From Lama guanicoe (Eukaryota), in assembly GCA_013239625.1 (NCBI GenBank), contig MU057073.1:315412-379411 (forward strand): 64,000 nucleotides of DNA, in the 5' to 3' direction. Positions 25,075 through 64,000 of the stretch are shown in pieces; the stretch's first letter is position 1; each line of letters starts with the position of its first letter. The notes beneath the pieces are model-generated. The model had not been told where the DNA came from and did not search any database. It saw nothing but the letters and a program-made list of their open reading frames with translations. Made by a program: the position numbers and the translations under genes.

Positions 25075-25615
25075 AAAAAAGTTGAACTAAAATCCACATC
25101 ACCTTAACCATTTCACCTTGGAGGCTTCAGAGGCCTTTAGTACATTCACAACATTGTGCAAGCATCACCTCTTGTCTAAGAATGTTTTTGTCACTGTCCC
25201 CATTAAGCAATCACTCCCCACCCCTGGCCCTTGGCAACCCCTAATCTGCTGTCTCCGTGGATTTACTTACTCTGGACACTTCACATAAATGGATCATACA
25301 ATAGGTGACCTTCTGTGTTTGGCTTCTTTCACTCAGTCTTTAAGGTTCATTCATGTGGTAGCACATGTCAGAATCTCATTCCTTTTTATGGCTGCATAAT
25401 ATTCCAGTGTCTGGCTAGACCACATTTTGTTAATCTGCTCAGCACTGGATGGACCCTTGGGTGGCTGCCACCTTCCTGCTCTTGTGCAGAGTAAAAGTAT
25501 CTGTTTGAGGCCATCTTCAGTTCTGTGGGAGGACACCTGGGAGTGGGACTGCTGGGTCACATGGTGACTCTAGTTTACCTGCCCGAGGCCCTACCAGGCT
25601 GTTTCCTGCAGGGGT
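25075..25615 (-). mobile_element. L1M (L1MA/MB-type) 3' fragment
   Basis: ttagtacattcacaacattgtgcaagcatcacc ... ggcttctttcactcag ... tcattcctttttatggctgcataatattcc ... gctgggtcacatgg. Confidence 0.8.
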
Positions 25616-25999
25616 GGCACCTGGCTGCTACTTTGAAGCACACACGTTCCGCAGACTACATCGCAAGCTGCCTCAGCCTGCATGAACGTCAAATGTTACT
25701 TCCCCCCAAATGTGGGCAAAACACTGCTCTGTGGACGTGCTGACTTTTCCCAGATGCTCCGAGCCGGAGCTTCTGGGGGCTGAGGGGCTGGGAGCAGTAT
25801 TCCTTATGGCTCCTCCGTGGTCTGGGCCACTGCTATGCCAGCTTTGTGATTTGTCCTTGAAGGAAGTGGCTTGTGCTTGAGGGAGGGAGCCACCCCCAGG
25901 CCTCACGTGTCTGGGGTGGGCCCATCTTCTGGGATGGGCTCTCTGGTGGGTGGTCTCTCTGGCCCCAGCACACTCTGGCCAGGCCAAGGCCGGGGAGCA

Positions 26000-26570
26000 C
26001 ACGTCCCTACAGAGTCACAGGGGGTGATGGCTAGTCTCTTATGATGCCCCTATGACCATGCGTCCCAAGTCCCCTGTCCTTGGGAAGTCCCCTCCCCTGG
26101 AATCTGGGGTGGCGGGGACTTACTTTCTGGCCCTTTGGATGCAGAAGTAATGATGCCATCGGGCACCTGGGGCTGGTCATGAGAGGCTTGGCCCCCGGTC
26201 CATGTATCATGTGCCGGAGAAGCCGCCACGGAAGAACCCCGCTGCTCTGAGACCGCCATGCTCGAGCAAGCCCCGGCCAGCCACATGGAGAGGCCGCACA
26301 CAGGGAGCCAGCCAGCCAGCCACAGCTGTTCCAGCCAGCCAGCTAACGCACCAGGCTAGGGGCGAAGAACGCATCCTGGACGGGCATCCCGCTCAGCCTT
26401 CAGAAGACTCCACCCCAGCTGCCACCTGATAGCACCCCAGAGAAACCCAAGGGGGGCTGCCCAGCTGAGCCAGGGCCATCCCCAGACCCGGAGAGAGAGG
26501 AACAGATGGGAGCTTTCAGCCATGAAATCTCAGGGTGCTCTGTCACACAGCAGTAGACAATGGGGACACG
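26000..26570 (+). mobile_element. MLT1F/G-type MaLR LTR
   Basis: ctgagaccgccatgct...ccacatggagaggcc ... gcccagctgagcc ... cacacagcagtagacaa terminus. Confidence 0.6.
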
Positions 26571-27647
26571 GAGTTAATTTTAAGGCCACATGGCCAGCCC
26601 CACCTGGGCTACCCTCCCCAGGGCCACAGTCCAGGGAGCAGGCCAGGTCAGGGCCCAGTTGCCCGACCCTAGCATGTGCGCCTGCCCCTGGGTGGTGGCA
26701 GCGACCGCATCTGGAGGGGGTCTTGGGATCCACACCCAAGAAAGTGTGGGGCGGGACTTCTCGTGGGCGGGAACAGCAGCTGGCTCCTGAGGTGGAGGAG
26801 GGACAGCCCCAGAGATGGGGAGAGGCAGCTCCTCCCGGTGGGGCAGGTGGGGCAGGTGGACAGTCCAGCTGGAGCCAACTCCTCTCAGCCCCCAGGAACC
26901 GGGAGGGGAGGGCCTGGCTCTGCCTAGGCCCTGGCCCCTCCCCCAGCCCCCACTCAGGCTCCTCTGGCCAGGCCCTCTTTCCATCGCTCGCTCTCCTCTC
27001 ACCCGGGGCTCCCTAGAGGAGTGTATGCTCTCCCCAGCCACCCCCCTCAACGTCCACGCAGTGACCGTGCGCGCAGCCCCAAGTCCACCTCTTCTCTCCT
27101 CCTCTCGCTGGCTCCACTAGGCAGCTATGACCGCCAGCTTCTCTCTTCAGGGCTTAGTCGCCCTTTCCCTCGAGGACTGTCCCCACCCCTTAATGACCAA
27201 TCTTGTAATGTGCTCAACCGCGGTGGGGGAGGCATCCTCTCGGCTCATCCCCACGCCCCCCCACCCCCACCCCGCAAGCTGCACCGCGCAGCGATCTCTC
27301 TCCCAACTAAGTTCCAGCGATCACCTCTCAGGCCCGTCCCCTCCAGTCGTGCCCGCCCAGCCCGGCCGCACACTCGGCTGGCCCCCACCCTGCCGCGGGG
27401 TCCATTTGGCGAGCCCCCGCCCTGCTCACACCCTGCGCGGCTCCGGGAGCGCCCCGCAGCCACCAGCGCCCCACCTGCAGGCAGGTGCTACCTGCGCGCT
27501 GGGCCCGCTGGTTTCCGCCGAGCCGCCCGTCCCGTCCCGCCCCGCGCGCACTGGGCATGCCCAGAGCCCGGTCACGCGCCCGCCCGCTCTAGTCCCGCGC
27601 GGACCCTGCCCGCGTCCGCCCCGGGCCCGGCTGCCCCGCGCGCCGCC

Positions 27648-35378
<7,731 letters not shown>

Positions 35379-35429
35379 GCCTCTAAGGGGTCTGCATGGG
35401 GCTGGTCTGGCCACCTGCCCTGCTGACCC

Positions 35430-35435
35430 AATAAA
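35430..35435 (+). terminator. NUDT14 poly(A) signal AATAAA
   Basis: About 50 nt after the stop; GT-rich sequence downstream. Confidence 0.85.
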
Positions 35436-38400
35436 GGCTGGTGTAGCTCTAGCCTGTGTTCTCTGACCTCGCGTGGTGGCCGGGGCAGGCTGGGAGGCAG
35501 GGATGGTAGGGTCTCCGTGAGAACCCCCAGCTCCACCAGAGCAGAAGCCTGGGCTGCGGGCCACGCAGGGAGCTATTGCGGCTGGCAGAGTGTCGCCTCT
35601 GGGGGCAGGAGAGGTTGGGGACTCACTCAGGCCCAGTGCTCAGGGCCCATTGGGCACTGGGCCACGGACAGAGCTATGGCCACGGTAGTGGTGGCTGAGC
35701 TAGCCGTGTCAGGAGCAGGTGCAGACCGCACCACAGGGTGTGTGCTCCTCGCTTCTGGGCAGAGGAGGGGTCCCCACCCTGACCAGGGCTGGGCCAGCAC
35801 CCTTAGTAGCCCCTGTGCCCCCGAGTGTTGGTGTTGGGGTGTCACCCCGCCCACTGGACTTCATGCGGTGTAGCCCTGCACACTGTCCTGTCATGGGGGT
35901 CAGGGACTGCGTGAGCTGCCCTCCATGACCCTTGAGCACCTGGGGTCACAGGAGGGCTGAGTGCCGACTCAGCCAGGCACCCAGTAAGATCTCTCCATCC
36001 AGCGGGTGGGCTGGAGCCCACTGTGAGGAGTATGTGCTGGTCACCATGGCTGTGGGCACTTGTGGGTGCTGCTGGGCCATCCATTAGGGATGGGGGCCTA
36101 GCCTGAGGGCCAGTGAGGCTTCCTAGAGGGTAGGCCGGCCTGATGCTTTTTGAGGGTGGTGACCTGGCCTGGCCCCTCCCCAGAGCCCTCCAAATCCTCC
36201 AGTCGGCCCCTTGGGTGATGCCCTCAGGGATGAGATGGGGGCAGCCTGGGTCATGACCCACTGTTCCTGGGGAGGGCAAGGTGTCCAGGAGATGCTGCCC
36301 TGAGAGCAGGTGGGGACACCTCACCAGAACTGAGGTCCCCTTGCCCCACCCCAGGCAGGCAGGTGTTTGCTTTCCTTCCTGCTGGCCAAGGAATGCTTGT
36401 GGCTGAGCCCAGTGGGGAGGGGCACGGTGCCCACAGCCCCTGAGCCTGGCCTTTGAGGCTGCCCAAGGCAGCTGTGCCCAGGGGGCCCATTTGAGCAGCA
36501 CCACCTGTATGCAAATGCCGGCTGTGACCCAGGTGCGGCCACCCAGGTAGGGCCTCCTGGGAGCCCAGCCAGGTGAGTGACTGCTGTGTGGGGGATGTGT
36601 CCAAGGGCCGCAGGGCTGGCGGGCTGCTGTGGGGTCCTGAGCAACCCAGCTCCGGCCTGTCCAGAGGAGGCCTAGTGGGCTGCCCTGGGCCCTGGGCCAT
36701 CTGGAGAATTCCCAGGACAGGGGCTCTGCCCTGCCTAGAGCTGCCCCCCTGCCTCCCTCTTGCAGCCTGCCTGATGCCCACATCCTGAGCTCCCCTGGCC
36801 TCCTAGGCTGGCCTGCAGGCACTGCCCGCTGCCTCAGAGGGGCCTCTGGTGGGTACTGCGTGGGGCTGGGGTCTGCTCTGGGGAGCAAGGCAGGGCAGGA
36901 GGCAGGGGACAGAGCCCTTGGACTTGGGTGCAGTCCAGCCCCTCACTCGGCTCTGCAGCCTGATGGGCAGGTCAGCAGGCACCACCGCTAGGCCTAATGG
37001 AACTGGCATCAATTTCCCGGCATTGGAGGGGGGGCTGTAACCGGAAACTCCCCTCCCTAGCCACTATATTTAGCACCGCAGCACACGGGCGGAAGCGCAG
37101 CTCACTCCTGAGCCCAGCTGGCTCTGTCCAAACACCGGGCCGCCTGCACCCCAGCCTGGTCCCGAAGCCCCTGGCGGGGCTAAGCAGCCCCACCTTGCCT
37201 GTGCCTTGTCCAGCCTGAGTTCAGCACCTGCCCCAGAACGTGCCGGGAGAGCCCCCGCTGCTGGGGGGCTGGGAGAGGGAGCCCTCAGGCTGGGGGCGGG
37301 CGAAGCCGGGAGACTGAGGGGCGGTGTGGCCCAGTGGGCCCCAGAACAATGATGATGGTCCTTCTGGAAGAGGCAGCCTGGTCCAGCAAGGGTGGAGGCA
37401 AGAGCCCTGGCTGCCACCGGATCTCCAGCCCTCTGGCCCAAGGGCTACAGAAATCTCTGCAGGAGGGGACCCCAGGAGGGAGGACCCCCTTCTCCCAGCA
37501 GCCCCGGCGCCTGTCCCTTCCCTCAAGCGGCCAGCTTCCTGACTTGACCCTCTTCTGGGTCCATTCGGTCCCAGCTGTGGCTCCTAAGAGGTGGGAGGGG
37601 TAAGGGGACCATGAACAGGAGGGGGTACCTGTGCACTGCAGGGCGGCACCTAGGCAGGGATGCAGGGAGCCTGTCCTCCTCCCCGAAGGGCCTGATTGGA
37701 GGCACAAGGGGCCAAGCCAAAGCAGGGCTGCTTAGCGGGAAGGGCCCCAGGCTGCATCCTCTGGCAGGTTGAGCTGGCATCTTGAGGTGGGGTGACCGTC
37801 TCTCCCTGGTGCCTTCATGCCGAGACAGCTCTGAGCAGGGAAAGAGCCTTGGCTGAAATGCAGTAGCTTCTAGAGCCGGCGGCACAGCGAGCCCAGCGTC
37901 TGCCACGCCGCCTGCGAGCTAGTCCAGGCCGCCCCCCCCCCACAGCTGGCCACGAGCAGGAAGCCTCGGAGGTGGACAAGGGAGGGGCACATGGGGGCCT
38001 GTTAACCGGAAGCTGCCTCTTACTCGTGCTGGAATTCCCCCCTCCTCAGCCTTCACCATGGCCAGGCCCTGGCCCGGCCACTGGCCCCTCTCATTCATAT
38101 GATGGCGGTGGCTGCCTATGGCCACCCTGTCCCGACCTTGCCCCTGCTGCCCCTCCCCCTGCAGCCAGTGATCTTTGTGACAATGGAAGTCACCAACGCA
38201 CAGCCCAACCCAGCTCAGCTGCTTTCTGTAACTTCCCGGCAGTCTTAGTAGGAAGACTTTAGTCAGGCAGGCCCAGTGCAGCAGCACTGACCACCACCTC
38301 CAGCCTCACCTAAGCCCCTCACCCTCTCTGCCTTGGCCACCTGTCCTTCCCACAGGCCCTCGCTGGGGTCAGGCTCCCTCAGCCCCAGTGCCTTTGCATG

Positions 38401-40260
38401 TGCTGTTCCCAGCTCGCCACCTGGCTGACTCTGGCCTGCCCCCTGGGTCTTAGCAGACCTCCTCCCGGGTTTGCCTCCGCATGCCTCACTCACTCTTAGT
38501 TTGTCATTCTGCCTTACTTGTCTAGGTTCCCTGCCCACTCTGGACCGGGAACCCCTGAGGGTGTGTCTGCCTTGCTTACCGCTTGACTGAGTGTGGGAGA
38601 GGTGCCCAGGGCCTCCTTGGATTGTGGGGCAGTGGGCATGGGTGGGGATGGAGCCCTGGACCCCCGGAACGGGGCGGGGGACTCCTCTTCCTTCTTGGAG
38701 TCTCCTGTACTCCCTGAGCCGGAGCAAAGAGGAGGAGGCCTACCCTCAGTGAAGTCCCCTGCCTCCACAGGCAGTACCTGCTGCCCACCCACAGAAAGAA
38801 TGCAACTGGGAGGCTCTGAACACAGCTCGGGTTCCCTTATTTGGTGGTGGTGGGGTCACTGTGTGGTGGTGCCTGGCTTGTGTCCTGCCCCTCTCCCAGC
38901 CTAGGGAGGGGCTCAGGTGGGGATAGGCGCTTGGAGTAGGCAGAGCCAGGCCCATCCCTTTAGGGGTCCCGCAATTGCTCCTGAGGCCTGGACACTGGGG
39001 TGGAGCAGTGAAGCCAGGACATTGGGCCCCCAGGCTGCTGCATGTACACATCTGAGAGAAAGGGCACTGCCTGTGCTTCTGAGTTCCTTCTGCCATGCCC
39101 CCAGCCCCTGAACCTGGCCTTCTTCAAAGCTCACTTCTTCCAGGAAGTCTTCCATCCACACACCACCCCCAACCCAATTCTAGCAGTGACTAACTGGGGG
39201 CTGGGGACTGTACTCCCCATATCCAGCCCAGGGCCGCAGGCAGATTTGCCTCTGGAGCCCGGGTGGGGAATGAAGACAGCCAGTTGCTGTGGGGGTTCGG
39301 CTGGAAGACCCTTTTGGACCATATCTGAATCTCTCACTGCCAAGGTGACCCCAGCCTTGGAAGGAATCCTGATTGGCGCAGGGGAGGTGATGTTTGGAGA
39401 CAAGGAGCCTTGGTATTGACTCCTTGGTGGCGAGGCGAAGTGGTCAGTCCAGCAGAGGGCAACAAGGTGATGACAGAGGGTGGGACACAGGGGTGGGGAT
39501 GGGGACCAGGACGGCGGCAGGAGCCTCTTGGGTGGCCCTCACTTTGTCTTTATGGGCGTACACCACCGTTCTTTATTCACATCCCTAACCTTGCCCCCGC
39601 CCAGGCCCCGACCCTCGTCCTAGACGTTCCTGGAAAGTATGGCCTGGCGATCTCCGCACCAGCGCAGAGCTGGGCACACAGCCTGCGCGGAAGAGCATTT
39701 GTTCCCTGGCTTCGCGACCCACGGGTCTTGAGGCGGGGAGAGCAGGGGCTTCGGAGGGGAGCAGCGCCCTCTGCGGCCGGAGTGGAGGCGGTAGGAACAG
39801 CGCGAAGGGGGTCATTCCCGGGGGAAATGGGAGCGCAGTAAGGCTGGGCGGGCTCGGGTCCCAGGCCGCGCCCGACCCGCACAGGGACGAGCCTTGATTC
39901 GTGCGAGGCCGCATCTCCTCTGGGATCGTAAGGAGCGCGGCGGCGGCGGCGCACTGATGGGAGGGGACCACGGCGGTGACCTCAGGGGGCGCCCCACCCC
40001 CTGGCTCCTGACACCCGGCGGGGCTCGGGCGAGGGGAGGCCGCTTTGCAGCGCCAGGCCCCACTCTCCTGGTTCCTCTGAGGCGTTAGCGGAGCCCCTGC
40101 GGCCCCACCACTCAGGAACCCAGGGAAGCGCGCGCCGGGCCGGGGCGCTGGCAGGAGGCGCCCTCCGCCGCCTTTAAATCCCTGGCGCCCCCGGCCCCCC
40201 CAGCCCCACCCCGCGGCGCGGCCGCGCCCCCTCATGCATATGCAGGTGCGCGGGTGACGA

Positions 40261-62754
<22,494 letters not shown>

Positions 62755-63099
62755 GAGCGCGGCCGCCCGCCGGACCACAGGAGGCCGAGGCTGTGTGCAT
62801 AGTTTCTTTATTTTGTGTAAAAAAACTCACCAAAAACAAAAAACAAATGTTTATTTTCTATGTTCCTTTACCCTTGTATAAATTATTCGACAACTGTCAG
62901 GCGGAAGACAGCGGAGTTCTCTCGGGTAGTGGCTATTTTTGTAACGTTGCCGTGTGTCGCACCTGCTATGTGGCCAGAGAGAGCAAGGGTGTCTGTGTCC
63001 TCAGCAAACCGTATAGCGTTTGTTGCCAGAGGTGGTGTGCTGTTTACAGAATCTTCCTTTATTCCTCACTTGGGGTTCTCAGTGGCTCCAGGCCAAAGA

Positions 63100-63297
63100 G
63101 CCAGTGGGACCCGTGGCTGTCGGTGGGACCACCCGTGGCTGACAGTGTGGCCGAGGCTGTCAGTGGACCCATGGCTCTCGGTGGGACCTAGGATGTTTGG
63201 CGTGGCCTGTGGCGGTCAGTGGCACCTGTGGTTGCAGTGGGGCTTGAGGTCATCGGTGGGGCCCGTGGTGGTCGGCGTGGCCTGAGGCCCGTGGGCA
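63100..63297 (+). repeat. Degenerate ~19-bp minisatellite in JAG2 3'UTR
   Basis: Repeated gtgggacccgtggctgtcg-like units. Confidence 0.75.
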
Positions 63298-63578
63298 GAC
63301 CCTCGCTGGCCCCTGGCCCGTCCCCTCCAGTCTGCCGTGCTCGCTTGCTCCTGCCCGGAATGCTCGCTCCAGAGGTCTCTCAGCTGTGCTTTCAGAAGTG
63401 CCCTTCCCGACTGCTCTGTTCCCCTGGGACGGTGGCAGTATTGAAGCTCGCGACAAGTGCCTTCACACAGACTCCCCCCTCGCAACTGTCAACGTTTGCC
63501 GTGGGCACCAGGCCACTGCCCACCTGCCGGCCCCGGCCACCCCTCCTCGTCAAAGTGCATTTTTGTAAATATGTACAT

Positions 63579-63584
63579 ATTAAA
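63579..63584 (+). terminator. JAG2 poly(A) signal ATTAAA
   Basis: End of the AU-rich 3'UTR; upstream TGTA elements; T/GT-rich sequence downstream. Confidence 0.75.
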
Positions 63585-64000
63585 TGAATCACTCTGTATA
63601 TTGGATTTAGTAACTTAAACGTTTTGGCCTCCCTTGTCCTTTGGGTGCTGTCCCTTTGTTACTTAGAGCTGGGCCAGGCGCAGGGAGGCTGGAGGGTGGA
63701 TTGCATGTGTGCGGCGGGATGGTCCTGCGACCTGGGGCCCCCTTGGGCCACGGACACGTTGGTGTCTGTGACAGACGCTTTCCTGGAAATGAGGCGAGGG
63801 GAGGGGCTTTGCACCCACCCCAGTGGACGCAACTTCAGAGAGCTTCATAACGTCAAGTTGCTTAGCTGTGGGGAGCTGTCCAGGTTTGAAGGAATCAGCA
63901 GGTCAAAACTCAAGAGAACGGAGACCCTAGGCCAGGAGTGGCTCTTGCATCTGGCTGGTTGGGCAAACGGCTCAGCTTGGCTGTTGGGGGCAGCCATCGA

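Noticed and set aside
35842-36888. 348-aa minus-strand ORF
   Set aside because: Low-complexity GC-driven ORF with no homology signal
63100-63297. CRISPR-like repeat array
   Set aside because: Mammalian 3'UTR; degenerate units with no unique spacers and no cas genes

Overview
GC-rich mammalian genomic DNA. Two tRNA-derived SINEs resembling the camelid Vic-1 family suggest a camel, alpaca or llama genome. The window holds three + strand genes in the same order as human 14q32.33. These are the last six coding exons of BRF1 (105-2742), a complete 5-exon NUDT14 (27648-35378, 222 aa), and JAG2 (about 40261-62754, 26 exons). In JAG2, part of exon 2 and all of exon 16 fall in N gaps. The long six-frame ORFs are mostly GC-rich noise. 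The BRF1-NUDT14 interval contains a near-perfect 1478-bp tandem duplication (11867-14821) carrying an orphan CCAAT/GC-box/GATA-E-box/ETS promoter-like module and a polyadenylated LTR-like fragment, plus old L1/HAL1/MLT/L2 repeats. JAG2 shows two anomalies, each with an in-frame rescue: the usual start ATG is missing, and the exon-4 donor reads GA instead of GT. Both may be assembly errors. I found no convincing evidence of a wholly new biological system. The best leads are the duplicated orphan promoter and the JAG2 anomalies. Comparisons with human proteins and repeat consensus sequences are from memory, not database searches.
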